Assembly: GCF_006345805.1 (NCBI RefSeq)
Contig: NC_043016.1
Coordinates: forward strand, 16,368,001-16,432,000
DNA: 64,000 nucleotides
Origin: Octopus sinensis
Lineage: Eukaryota
Direction: 5' to 3'
The translations under genes and the position numbers were made by a program. Each line of letters starts with the position of its first letter. Positions within the stretch are counted from its first letter, which is position 1. The notes beneath the pieces are model-generated. The model ran no database searches and was not told where the DNA came from. It saw only the letters and a list, made by a program, of their open reading frames with translations. This document shows positions 1 through 12,364 of this stretch, piece after piece.

Positions 1-2010
1 TAGCTTGTTCGTTCTCGTCAGCACCCAGAGTCTCCCGGAGAATGTCGTCGCACTTCCCCGCCGCTAATCTTCTATAAATTTCTAAAGCAGAACATCCATC
101 GATCCCATTGCTCGACTGGTAGAGGGCTGTGAGTGCCTAACATCATTCTAGATGCCAGGCGCCCAGTCTCGCTCTTTTATTCACCCAGGATTGCAGCTCC
201 ATCAAGGAGACGAGCTGCAGAAAGACGAGCCTCACAAACAGAGCCCACACACGCTCACTATCCAGAAATCATTGCCGGTGGCGTAACCTAAAAGCGTGTC
301 TGCGCAGTAGCAGCCACGGCATACCTAATCCGCCACTCAGAGGATGCTAGCAGCATACTGACCGCCTGACCATTGGAACGCGTCCCTTCCACAAGATTTT
401 AAATAAGAGAAACTCCAGCCTGGTCAAGGCACGACGGTCAGGTGATAAATGATAACAGAGGTGGTGTAAGCATGCGCCACCTCTGCCAGATCTTTCAGGG
501 TAAGCTTCCTCTCAGCCTATTTTTGGGTAAAACTGGTCACCTTGTTTGCCACCTCTTCCCAGTTCTTATCAACCTGAAGGTCAGGAACAAACCAGGCCCC
601 GAGCAGTTTAACTGGTTCATCGGTCCAGTGTCCGACGACACCGTCCCATGGTATCGTCCTGCCTCTCCAGGAACCCAATCACAAAAGCCACTGATTTGTC
701 GGCGTTGATCTTGCAACTGACTTAGATTCCTTTAGGATGGTGCCAATCGTCTCCACTTCAGAGGCGTCCATGGCGGTGATGTCGTCCGCGTATGACGACA
801 CTGCTCTTCCTTTTCCCAGTTCTAAAGGGATGCCCCTTAGCTGTTCCAACTTCTGCAGCAGTGGCTGGCTCGAGTGCCAACTCATACAGAAGAGGCGACA
901 GTGGCAGCTCTGACGGACCGAGTATGCCAAACGGCCCCGACAAGCCGTCGTTTAGTTTGACCATTGAAGAGGTGCCGCTGCGCATTGCAGCGATCCAGCC
1001 TCTGAAAACGGGCCCAAGTAGCGATGGTCGACCCTATCAAATGCGTTTGATTGATCCAAATTGATCAGAGTACCCCAACCTCTCTATGATGTATCGCATG
1101 AGGTGGAGGTTGTCGTGGATAGAACTGCTCGGGATTGCGCATGTTTGCGCTTCTCTGACCAGGCTACCGACGACAAGCGCCAACCATTTCGCTAACACCT
1201 TGGCTAAATCTGAAACTTTGGGTTTAGCAGAGTTATGGGCGGAAAATTTTCTAGTACGTCCCCATTGTCGGCGTCCTTCGTCAGCAGTATTACGACATCT
1301 CTGCTAACAGCACTAGAAATTCTTCCGTTCTGTTGCCAGTTGCGGTAAACTCTGCCAAGAGGTCGCCAAAAAAATCTGGCATGAATACATAGGACAAACC
1401 ATCCAAACCGGGTGATCTGCGACTTGTGCACTCGCTCATCGCGTCCCGTGTTTCGGAGGCTGTTTTCGGCCTTTCACGTAACTTCGTGTCAGCTGCCGAC
1501 AGTCGCGACAAGCCACCCAAACACGAACTAAAGCCCAGTACCGTCGTCTACCTATCACCCCCAAACAGCTGCGCAAAGTGCTGCTGAAAATCTGCACACA
1601 TCTGCTGGGAGGGGCGTAGCACGCGCCCACCCCGATCCATCAAAGACATGGCCGTGGTTTTGTTTCCACCGTTCAGACAGTTTTAGTTCCTTCTTGTTTT
1701 AGCGCACGAGCCCTTAGCACTACTAACGCAACCTTCGTATTCGCTTCGAAGATATGGTCAAGGGTCATTCTCGCCGCTAACACATCGGTCGCAATGACCT
1801 TTTTAATCGCCTCTTTTAATTTGCTAACAATTATAATCTATTCCTTTCTGTTGCTAAACGCTATCGATTCTACTCTCATCGCCCTCTTCAGGGCAGCCCA
1901 CAACCGGTTGTTGACAACGGCTCCGTCAACTGCCACTTAACTAGTTCACTAATTCGGTCCCTGTAGTCTTTGCGTGCCGGAAAGGACGCCGATAACTTCC
2001 AGTAACAGGG
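1..2010 (-). mobile_element. Degraded Tx1/L1-clade non-LTR retrotransposon ORF2 (RT and downstream region), multiple stops/frameshifts
   Basis: Minus-strand peptides CYWKLSASF, NNRLWAALKRAMRVES, SPGLDGLSY, LENFPPITLLN, LNDGLSGPF...LPLSPLLYELALEP, SSYADDIT, GHWTDEPVKLLGAWF, GGLGMPWL follow Tx1/L1 ORF2 motif order across several frames. Confidence 0.85.
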
Positions 2011-2144
2011 GAAAATAATAATAATGATAATAATTTGTGTGGGTGCGCGAGTGTGTGTGTCTACAGTTTTGGGAATACATTTGTTTTTAGCGCTATTGTT
2101 TCTAACCTGAAATTTCTTTTCTAATTTTCTCACAAATCCTGCTA

Positions 2145-2742
2145 TAAGAACAAGATCATTAGCATTTAGCAGTTCCCAGGGTCAGCCGGTGTTAAATTCC
2201 TCTGTCAAGGCCTGGAGGATAATGATGAATGAGAGGGGAGTGTACACGTCTACCTGACTTATGGTTCTCACCTAACTGACAGAATCATTTTTTACAGGGC
2301 TTGAATAGCTTTTACAAGCCATTCACCGACCCCTAGCTTCTTCAGTGACCACGATATCACAGTAAGGGACACTGTTGAAGATTTTCTCCAGATCAGCAAA
2401 TGCTAAGTAAAGCAGTTTACTTTGGTTTAAATACTTCTGCTGCAGTTCTCTTTAGAAGAAGATGGTATCAGTTGGCAACTGTGTTGTCTGGCCACAAAAC
2501 GAAACCGCGTCACATCTACTCTAATGTGTTTCTCTAATTAATTGGACTTGTACTCTTTCTGTAACTTTCATGATCTGGTCCAGCAATTTGATGCGTCTTT
2601 AATTACTCCTATCCAAACAAACACCCCTTTTCGTAGGTACAGCTGACTGAAACAATGAAGCGATGCTAATCGTTGGGGATAGCCCCTTCCTGAATAACCA
2701 GATTAACGAACCGGGCGAATAAACCGCATCCTACTCTGACAG
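2145..2742 (-). mobile_element. Degraded RTE-clade LINE reverse transcriptase fragment
   Basis: Manual minus-strand translation gives IKLLDQIMKVTERV, KYLNQSKLLYLAFADLEKIF, SLKKLGVGEWLVKAIQAL, SPLSFIIILQALTEEF, WELLNANDLVLIA (the degenerate YADD region). Confidence 0.8.
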
Positions 2743-2755
2743 GTATTTTAAGCAT

Positions 2756-2783
2756 ACACACACACACACACACACGCACACGC

Positions 2784-2828
<45 letters not shown>

Positions 2829-3212
2829 ACACAGAGACGCATACCTCATTCTGTGATGCTTTCTGTCCCTGTCACTCTGTTTCCAAGTACACACATATAT
2901 GTGTGTGTGTGTATGTGTCTACACACACACATCGCGGCTGCACACATATAAACACCTATACACATATATGTACACACACACATACATACATACATGCACA
3001 CACGCATGTATGCACGCACATACACGCGCGCACACCTACAAATATGCACATCCCTCCAAACACGCACACACACACGCAGAGGCACACACGCACCCATGCT
3101 CTTGTTTATTTCACTAGAAACACACATCACTTCCCCCGCACCTCCAACCAACCCACACTCTCCACACCCACTCATCCTCCTCTCTCTCTCTTTCCCTCTC
3201 TCTCTCTTTCCC

Positions 3213-3270
<58 letters not shown>

Positions 3271-3296
3271 GCACGCACACACACACATACATACAC
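2756..3296. repeat. Compound (CA)n/(CT)n microsatellite
   Basis: Direct reading; source of the HT/CV-rich spurious ORFs. Confidence 0.95.
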
Positions 3297-3934
3297 ACCT
3301 CTCCCAATTTCAGGTCAGCCGTCGATCAATTATGGTAATTTATTATAATTCATAATAGCTTCATAGCAAACGCAGGCTTCTGAGCAAGCACTGGAAAATT
3401 CCGGTCACGTGTTCAGTAGTTTTCCACTCCCGTTTAGAGATGGCTTCATCCCGCCATATTTAATATTAAGCACACGTTACGCTTATTTCTTTCTCCTCTC
3501 TAGGTTTCCCCCTATCAGCAGGCAGGAGTCTGCCACATAGTGGTAGGTAGCGGTAGCATGAAACAAAACCGTGTGTGTGTGTGTGTGTGCGCGCGCGTGC
3601 GCATGTGTGTGTGTAATGCCTGTCTATATATATATCTATGTGCGTGCATATATGTGCATGTGTGGATGTTCATGTTTGTGCGTGAGTGCATGTGTGTGTG
3701 TGTGTGTGTATATGTTTATATATATGTGTACAAGAATGCTATGTATGTGTGTATGTATGTGTGACGTATGTATGTAGGTGAGCATGAAAAACAAGCGCAG
3801 AAGCTCTGCATATTTATTTACCTCTCAATTTTATACCCTGTTCTATTCGCACTCATTATTATTATTATTATTATTATTATAATAAAAATATGAAATATGT
3901 ATGAATGTATGAGTGTGTGCTTATATGTGTATAC

Positions 3935-4097
3935 AGGCGTAGGAGTGGCTGTGTGGTAAGTAGCTTGCTTACCAGCCACATGGTTCCGGGTTCAGTCTTA
4001 CCGAATGGCACCTTGGGCAAGTGTCTTCTACTACAGCCTCGGGCCGACCAAAGCCTTGTGAGTGAGTTTTGTAGACGGAAACTGAAAGAAGCTCGTA
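3935..4097 (+). mobile_element. tRNA-derived SINE family A (head and body)
   Basis: tRNA-like head GGCTGTGTGGTAAG...GGTTCAGTC followed by GCACCTTGGGCAAGTGTCTTCTACT...GGAAACTGAAAGAAGC. The same sequence recurs near 6061(+), 7510-7855(-), 16665(-), 23655-24215(-), 27232(+), 27725(-), 36130(+) and 45765(+). Confidence 0.8.
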
Positions 4098-4112
4098 GTA
4101 TGTGTGTGTGTA

Positions 4113-4288
4113 TTAAAAACGGAGAAGTCCGATTTATGGGATTACCTTAGGCTCCCCGTCCATAAAGGGTTTATTTTTTAATGGCGTATCATCAGATCCC
4201 AAAAACCTGACGATGCGCCATATAGCTAAAATTCCTTATGGATGCGAAACCTAAGGTAATCTCAAAACCGGCCTTCCCCTATTTTTAA
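4113..4288. ncRNA. Imperfect inverted repeat made of two hammerhead-ribozyme copies (PLE terminal repeat-like)
   Basis: + arm: CTGACGA(4207-4213)-stem II-GAAACCTAAGGTA(4246-4258). - arm: TTTGGGAT-CTGATGA(4195-4189)...GAGCCTAAGGTA-ATCCCATAAA, with an intact stem I but a mutated GAAA. 11-nt apex at 4196-4206. Confidence 0.7.
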
Positions 4289-4367
4289 TATATACTGCTC
4301 TACATCTTAGGGTGTGCTTCTTTCGGGTTGTATTTTTTTTTACAAACAATATATTTATATGTGTGTG

Positions 4368-4425
<58 letters not shown>

Positions 4426-4661
4426 ATATATATATACACACATACATACATACATATTATACATTACTTGCGTTCGTGTATATATATGTATATGTTTGTA
4501 TTTATGTATGCATGTGTGTAATTGTGTATGCCTCCATGTATGTATATATTTATTTATATGCATGCATTTAGATATGTATGTGTGTTTGTATGTTTGCCAA
4601 TTATTACTATAACAGCTATTATATTTTTATTATTATTATTTTATTATTATTATTATTATTA

Positions 4662-4724
<63 letters not shown>

Positions 4725-4726
4725 GT

Positions 4727-4826
4727 NNNNNNNNNNNNNNNNNNNNNNNNNNNNNNNNNNNNNNNNNNNNNNNNNNNNNNNNNNNNNNNNNNNNNNNNNN
4801 NNNNNNNNNNNNNNNNNNNNNNNNNN
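4727..4826. other. Assembly gap (100 N)
   Basis: Run of N adjacent to a (TTA)n tract. Confidence 1.
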
Positions 4827-4939
4827 GCAAGGACCTACTCTGACTCCCTTCTTTCATACTGTATCCCCTCAATCCCCAGCATAAAGCTGAACACCTTTCT
4901 CTTGGGATTTACAGACTTGCAAGTTACATGATGACCTCA

Positions 4940-5133
4940 ATAATGCTGGTATTACAAAAGATGGCACCCAGTAGAACACACTGTAAAGTAGTTGGTGTTA
5001 AGAAGGGCATCCAGCAGTGGAAACCACTACAAAGCAGACACTGAGTCATGATACAGTTCTTGAACCCATTGGGGTCCTGCTAACCTGTCCAACCCATGCC
5101 AGCATGGAACATGGACATTAAATGATGATGATG
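4940..5133 (+). mobile_element. RTE-type 3' tail repeat ending in (TGA)n
   Basis: GTTGGTGTTAAGAAGGGCATCCAGC...TCCAACCCATGCCAGCATGGAA...AAATGATGATG. Copies near 25486-25693(+), 28355-28525(+) and 38706-38896(-). The RTE label is from recalled family resemblance. Confidence 0.7.
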
Positions 5134-5139
5134 TATCAA

Positions 5140-5520
5140 ATGTCTATTCAATGAAACTGCCATCAGCCATAATTACAGACTTCACACAGCTTCTGAAATG
5201 TCAGAGTGTGTTTATCAGGTAATCTTTATTCACTTCATCTAAGATTTTGGACAAAGATCTTATCTGAGAAGAACCAGAGCATGTTGGGCTCCTTGGGGTG
5301 CTTGAGTTTGTGCAGCAAGCGCTCTAACTGGGTCTTAGTGGACATGAACTGCCCTCTTCTCTTAACAGAAGATTTATACCTGATGTCTCTGTGTTGCCTC
5401 CAACACATGAAGATGATTGGCAATGGCTCTCATTGACTTTCCAGGATTCTTGTTGATGGTGCTCCAGACTTGCTGGACAAACTCAACTTTCATGACAATG
5501 TCTGACCATTGAGAAGCTTT
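5140..5520 (-). mobile_element. Tc1/mariner transposase fragment
   Basis: ORF 5235-5423: IRYKSSVKRRGQFMS...LLHKLKHPKEPNMLWFFSDK, the region leading to the first catalytic Asp (FSD[E]K). No TIRs seen. Confidence 0.6.
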
Positions 5521-6576
5521 TATATATTGGGGATTAAAAAAAGAGATGTTTAGTTAAAGATTGAGCCACTTATGGGTTTTAAAAGTTTTGTTCTCAAATA
5601 GCTGATGCACCATAATTATATTGCTAAGGCATTATATAATTTTTGAAAACCATTTTGTCATGTAGAACATTTCTATTAATGGCTTTGAAAAGTTTAAGGA
5701 ATATCTTATTCAACAGTTTATTTGTGGTTTGTGAAAGTGACTATTTACTATGGGATTAGATCAACTTTGGACTAGAATCAATTGCCAATCTTCAAGAAGT
5801 TGGTAAGACTGATATTGGTTTGGAGAGTTATTAGATTCTTTAGAAATGAGATAGCAAGTTCCTAATCTTCCCATTCTGTTGGTGTCTGTATGCCATTGCT
5901 AAGCATTTAAATGGCATTATGCTATGATTCTTTATGGCTTTAAGTTGAAAATGAAGAGGGATTAGAAATAAATGTTAGAATTACATCATAATTCATTGAT
6001 TGATCAACAGAATATGTCCACCTGGTGTGATTTCATTTAATTTCGGAAAAGTAAGGTACAAGCACGGCTGTGTGGTAAGAAGTTTACTTCCCAACCACAT
6101 GGTTCTGGGTTCAGTTCCACTTGTGTGGTACTTTGGGTAAGTGCCTTTTACTATAGCTTTGGGCTGACTAAAGCTCTGTGACACAATCTGGTTGATAGAA
6201 ACTGAAAGAAGCTTTATATAAGTATGTATATGTGTGTGTGTGTGTTAGTGTTACTGTCATAGTAGAGTGTCATTCATTTCCAATATTTTGTGAAGACAAC
6301 ATGCCTGACCATGGAGGAAATATCTTACTTGTAAACAAGTAAAGGTCTCAAATAAACTCTGTCTGATCCATGCCAACATGGAAAATTGGATGTTAAATGA
6401 TCATGATGAGTAAGGTCCTACACATTTTATTATGGTAATAACATCCAGTTTGACAGTCCATTAACAGAGATCTCACCTTTGTCTAAGAATATGTATATTT
6501 TTTACATTATCATTCATATATGAGTATGGCCAGCATTAATGATTACCAATTGATATTTTTGCTACACTCATGGTCA

Positions 6577-6799
6577 GTTCTTTAGCACTTAAACACTTCA
6601 TATCTGACCCAAATATTCTACTTGTTGTTGGTCAAACAGAACAGATTTGGTCTCTCACGCCGATCCTACAATGTCATTCTCAAACTGAACAATCACATCA
6701 TTGGAATTTTGAAACTACGAGACAATATATGATTAATTGAAAACAATGTGAATTAGAAAGCATTACATTTGACAGAATAATCTGAATGCTAAAGAGTTA
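6577..6799 (-). mobile_element. piggyBac-type MITE (diverged copy, reverse orientation)
   Basis: Reverse complement matches the ~225-bp CCCTTTAGCATT...AATGCTAAAGGG element at 15391-15613. Confidence 0.7.
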
Positions 6800-6865
6800 T
6801 TCTGACCAATTTAGGCAAGAGAACTTCCTGCACATTTTGAAGCATATGATCTGTGTGAATAGACA

Positions 6866-7085
6866 CTTCTGAATTCAGGTTACTCTGTCAAATGTAATAC
6901 TTAATCATGTGTTATCATGTACCAGTCATGTATTATCTCAAAGTTTTTTGAGATTTCAAAGATAGGGTTGTCTAGTTTTGGAATAACAGTGTAGAAATGG
7001 GTTTCAGAGGCTAGAATTGGATACTTTAAACAAAATGGTAGAATATTTGTATCAGATATGGATGCTTTAAATGCTAAAGAGTTCA
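6866..7085 (+). mobile_element. piggyBac-type MITE (diverged copy, forward orientation)
   Basis: TACTCTGTCAAATGTAAT...GGTAGAATATTTG...TTTAAATGCTAAAGAGTTCA matches the same family. Confidence 0.7.
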
Positions 7086-7509
7086 GAGCTGTAAAAGATA
7101 TATATATGTACAAAGTAGTATAGTGAATAAAAACATAATCATGAAGGAACCAAAGTTTTTTTACTCTGTGATAAACATTTCTATTCTTTACTATGAATGG
7201 AACTGATTAAAAGAAAAGAAGAATGGGTAGCATTGTTTCTTTCCCAAAAAGTGTGACAGAATTTAAAAATGCTTTTTTACTTTCAACATTCAGTGTCTAT
7301 ACATACACAAATAAAATGTGTTGGCATTGACCAAATTCTAATGTTTTCACATACTGCTGGTTGCAATGCACTTTCTTGCAGTGTTTTCCATTTCAAACGG
7401 TGCCACGCATCCGGAATGAGGTGTCAGATTTATCTCTAGTATAATCATATAAATAATACGTATGTATGTACGTACGTATGTATACACACGCATACATGCA
7501 TCAATCTAT

Positions 7510-7855
7510 ATTAAACTCTTTTATCTTTTACTTGCTTTATTCATCAGACAGTGGCCAAGCTGGAGCAATGCCTTGAAAGGTTTTAATCAAGCAAATTGAT
7601 GTCAGTGTTTATATTTTTAAGTCTGGTATTTATTATATTTGTCTTTTTTGCTAAACAAAGCAACACTGGTTGTCAAGCGTCAGTGGGGAAGAAACCCAAC
7701 GAAACAAATAGATACATAGCACGGGCTTCTTTCAGTTTCCGTCTCCCAAATCCACTTACAAGACTTTGGTCAACTTGAGCTTATTGTAGAAGACACTTTT
7801 CCAAGGTACCATGTGGTGGGTTTAAGGTCAAAACTATGCTGTTGGGATGCAAACC
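7510..7855 (-). mobile_element. tRNA-derived SINE family A, near full length
   Basis: Reverse complement of the 3935 head/body plus tail (GCTTCTTTCAGTTTCCGTCT...ACTTTTCCAAGGTACC). Confidence 0.75.
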
Positions 7856-8070
7856 CTTTAACATTCACATACACAGCCGATAAGTATACATGTAACATAT
7901 ACAGACATAAATGTATATATATATGTATATACATGCACATGTGTGTGTGTGTGTGTGTGTGTGCGTGCGCACACAAGTGCATGTGTGTGTGTGTGTGCAT
8001 GCATGTGTGTGTGCTTGTGTGCATGCGTGTGTGTGTGAGTCTGCATGCATGTGTGCGTGTGTGCACATGC

Positions 8071-8109
<39 letters not shown>

Positions 8110-8433
8110 ACGAAAACTTGAAATGCAGAACAGAATAAATTTAAAACATAAAAGAGAAAACATGTATGAAAAATTTCGCTTATTTTTTTTTGTAATTAAC
8201 ATTACTTTTTATATGAGTATATTAATTGTTTATCATATTTGTTTATTATGTAAATAATCATTGGTTGTTCTTTTTACAGGAATAAAACTGACCAAGTCTT
8301 TGAGCCTGAATGCATGTGTGTGTGCGAGGAGGTGTGTGGTTGCACATGAATATGTGAGCGAATGATAAGTGTGAAGAAATGTGTGGGGCTAGGACTGTAG
8401 GTAAATGTTCATACCTATATATATATGAATGTA

Positions 8434-8468
<35 letters not shown>

Positions 8469-8658
8469 ATGTATGTATATGTAATATAATGCATGCATGT
8501 GTATGTATGTATATGTTATATAGATATTTGTATCAAATGAAATAAATGAAAAACAGGACACAAAGGATGTTGCGGTACATATGTTTCGGGCTTAGAGAAC
8601 AACTTATGTTTATATATATAATATGTATATGTGTTTATACATACATATATATATATTC

Positions 8659-8689
<31 letters not shown>

Positions 8690-8866
8690 TATATAATATA
8701 TATTCTGTATATGTAATAATTGTATATATATATATGTATATGTATATATATGTATATTATATATTATATGTGTATATGTTATATATGTATATATATATGT
8801 ATGTGTATATATATGTGTATATATATATATATATATATGTATATGTATATATGTATATATGTATTA

Positions 8867-8927
<61 letters not shown>

Positions 8928-9738
8928 GTGTATGTATGTATGTTGTGTGTATTACATCAGGTAAGAGAAGTGAATTGAGAATAGATGTTTACTCCATTTG
9001 TTGACAGTTGTATTGTAATCTGTATTCTACACAGCAATACTATATGGTTCACCACATACATAGAAATAAATCTACACACACACACACACACACACATGTA
9101 TGTATATATACACCCATTAATATGATTGTGCTGTAACATAATGGACAAACTATACTTCCCGGAATAAACATCTGGTCTGTCATTTCACTTTTCTTATCTG
9201 ATCAATCTTTATACATACTCTCTACCAACACTTGTATCCCTGGATAGGCCAGGCAATGGTGAGGCTATATTCTACACCTAACCTGTTTTATAGCCACCAG
9301 ACAGTGCTCTGTTTGATTCTTTGAATCTCTGTTCTCTATATATATATTCTATATATATATAGTTTATGTAGATATGTATATATATATACATATATATATA
9401 TATATACATATATATATTCTACATTCTATATATATAATATTATTATATAATATATATATATATATCATGTATCATATACGGTATATACATATGTATATAT
9501 AATATATACTATATACATATGTATATATATATATTACGTATATACATATGTAATATATATATATATATATATTATAATATATATATATATATGCATATTA
9601 CGATGATGTTGATATGTATATATATGTGTGTGTGTATGGTTGTAAATATATGTGTGTGTATGCATTGGTGTATATATATTACCTATCTCTCTGTTTATTT
9701 ATATATATGTTTGTGTATGTATGTATGTATGTATGTGT

Positions 9739-10038
9739 ATATATTAAACAATGTAGTTGTGTAAGGCCAGAACAATGCAAGAAGGTACAAATTAAAATAC
9801 AAAATGAAAAGAAAACTGAACAAAATTGCAGCTTTGTATTCTTATATTTCAGAGTGAAGACCCCCTCTTCAGGACATTCAGAAAAGCTTTCTGAAATGTC
9901 CTGAAGAAGGGATCTTCACCCCAGAATATAAAAATACAAGGTAAAACTGCAATTTTGGTCAGTTTTCTTTTCATTTTGTAGTTTAATTTGTACCTTCTTG
10001 CATTGTTCTGGCCTTACACAACTACATTGTTTAATATA
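9739..10038. repeat. ~300-bp near-perfect palindrome (fold-back) with a CTGAAGA motif on each arm
   Basis: TTAAACAATGTAGTTGTGTAAGGCCAGAACAATGCAAGAAGGTACAAATT... mirrors ...AATTTGTACCTTCTTGCATTGTTCTGGCCTTACACAACTACATTGTTTAA. Apex AGCT at ~9885-9888. Confidence 0.95.
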
Positions 10039-10242
10039 TATATACATCACAATGGTTCAAGAAAACTAGTTCATGTGTGTGTGTGTGTGTGCGCGAGTAG
10101 ATAGATAGACAGGTATTTATATATTTGCATATTATATATAAATTTATATATATATATGTATGTATATATATATATATATGTATGTATATATGTATATATA
10201 TATATGTATACATACATACATACATATATACATGCATACACG

Positions 10243-11417
10243 CAGGGTGCCCCAGATAGATTTACTCATAGATATCTCTTAATTATTCAAAATAAACTTC
10301 AGGTAGGAAAATGAAATTTGGTACACCTGTTCTCAGGTAAATTGTCAATCCATTGCAGTAATTACATTTCAAAATGCCTGCCTTTTGCCTTGATCATAGC
10401 CTGCAAATAAATGGTCACTGAGTTGCATGGGTACCATACCACCTCTTCAACTAACTTGATCCATGAAGACAGAAAGGCTTTCTTCAGATCTGACACATTT
10501 GAATAGGGGTGAACAGAAACATTACTCTCTAAGATGGACCAGATAGCGAAGTCCATGGGATGGTGTCTGACCTTGTGTGAGGCCGTATCGTCTTATTCCC
10601 AAAACTGCTGAAGTGCTCTTTGCACAAGCTCTGTGTCAAACTGGATATGTAGGCTGTTGCCCCATCATCAATGAAGATCAAAGGTAACTTGAACCCATTA
10701 GATGCAACTGTGGCCCACACCATGAGTGAAGGTAGCTGCTGATGGTGTAAATGACTCCTGCTACCTTTGGGCAAGTATCCCACATTATGTGCATAAAGCC
10801 TGTCGTTCTGTCTGTTGGTAACTACCTCCACAGTGAAGATTTTCTTGTCAGAATAGATCAATACTTTGTCAGTGGTGCACTTCCTCTTGGCTAACATGGC
10901 TTTACCCCTGTTGAGCCATTTCTTGGAAGCTGACGAAATTAACTGCTTGGATTGTTTCTCATATGCAGTTAACTTTAAATCCTCTTTAAAATCCCTGTGC
11001 ATTCACAATTCCAAAATTTCAAGGGCTATTGCAGTTTTTCCCGCACTCCAGCAGGGATTTCGGTTCATTTGCTTCTTCACAGATTCAACAGTTTGTTTGA
11101 TACGAATTGATTGTTTCTTACCAGGAATTGGCTTGTGAGAGGTAGTAGCAGATTCTACATGTTGATTCCAGGTTTTGAACACTGTTTTACAGCACACATT
11201 CAGCCGTTTTGCTATGCCCTTGAGGCTCACAACAGCTGTTTTCAAAGTGACAATCTGGACAAGTTTTGCTTTTGCTTACAAACATGTTATAGACAAATGA
11301 AACAATAGACACAGAAACAAGACATATGCAAATCTTTATGCAAAATGTAGATAATATTACCTGAACTGATATCCTTTAGGAAATTTTAAACATGAGTAAA
11401 TCTTTCTGGGACACCTG
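10243..11417 (-). mobile_element. Tc1/mariner DNA transposon (DD37D/maT-like), frameshifted, with ~27-bp TIRs
   Basis: Left TIR CAGGGTGCCCCAGATAGATTTACTCAT; right TIR reverse complement CAGGTGTCCCAGAAAGATTTACTCAT, followed by TA. Peptides IYSDKKIFTVE...NRQNDR, SLMVWATVASNGFKLPLIFID and PMDFAIWSILES (third residue Asp, as in maT). Confidence 0.85.
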
Positions 11418-11741
11418 TATAATATATATATATATATATATATATATTGGGATTTAATCCAATAAGTAGTTACCTCAGAATATATGAATATAACAAAAAG
11501 TTTCTAACAATGCTGTGTGTGTGTATGCTTTATGAGTAACCATATGATTTGAATTTGGTTCTTCAGTTTTCTCTTTATTGGTGACATTATTTTGTCTTTG
11601 CTCTCCATCTCTCCTTTTCTCTTTATCTCCTTCTGTTTTTCACAACTTTTTTTTTTTTCCCCTATCACTTAATTTTCTTTCCTTGTTAGCATGTATGACA
11701 GAAACAACGGAGTGTGCACGTAATGCTTGTGACTTACTTAA

Positions 11742-11963
11742 CCCTTCAGCATTCAGATCATTCACTCGTAAATGTAAAGCTTATCTATTCACATGGTTTT
11801 CAATCAATCATTTTTATTATCTTAGTTTTGAGATTTCAATGATGGAATCACTTAGTTTCAGAATGACATTGTAGGGTAGGTGTGAGAGGCCGGATCTGAC
11901 TGGCATGAGCATAAAACGGGTAGAATAAATGAGCTGGAAATGGGTGGTTTAAATGCTAAAGGG
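11742..11963 (+). mobile_element. piggyBac-type MITE with TTAA target duplication
   Basis: TTAA(11738-11741)-CCCTTCAGCATT...AAATGCTAAAGGG-TTAA(11964-11967). Confidence 0.85.
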
Positions 11964-12364
11964 TTAACTTAAGGCTGTGTGCACATGTATGAAAGGAGTT
12001 CAATGCTAAAAGTGTGTATATCTATTATATATGCGTGTATGTGTGTATGCTTGTGTGTGTTTCCGTATTATTTTTTTCTTTTGTCAGCATGCATAAAAGA
12101 AAGGAGAGTGTGCATGTGTGTGTATGTGTATATGTGTGTGTGTGTGTGTGTTAGTGTCTTACGTAAACATATCTTTGATATTTTAGTTCTTATTCCGTGC
12201 ACCCACATTTATACATTTTCTCTATTGCCTCTCTCTCATTCTCTCTCTATCTCCCCGTTTGTCTCTCTCTCTCCATCTTTGGCCCTCCTGCCTAACTTCC
12301 TACATCCTCCCTCTTTCCTTACTTTTTTGCTAACTTTCATGCAGCTATTGCACATATACACCTG

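Noticed and set aside
3395-3430. GGAAAATTCC / GTCACGTG motifs (and TTGGCGGGA at ~63789) as promoter elements
   Set aside because: Short motifs expected by chance; no linked transcript start can be shown.
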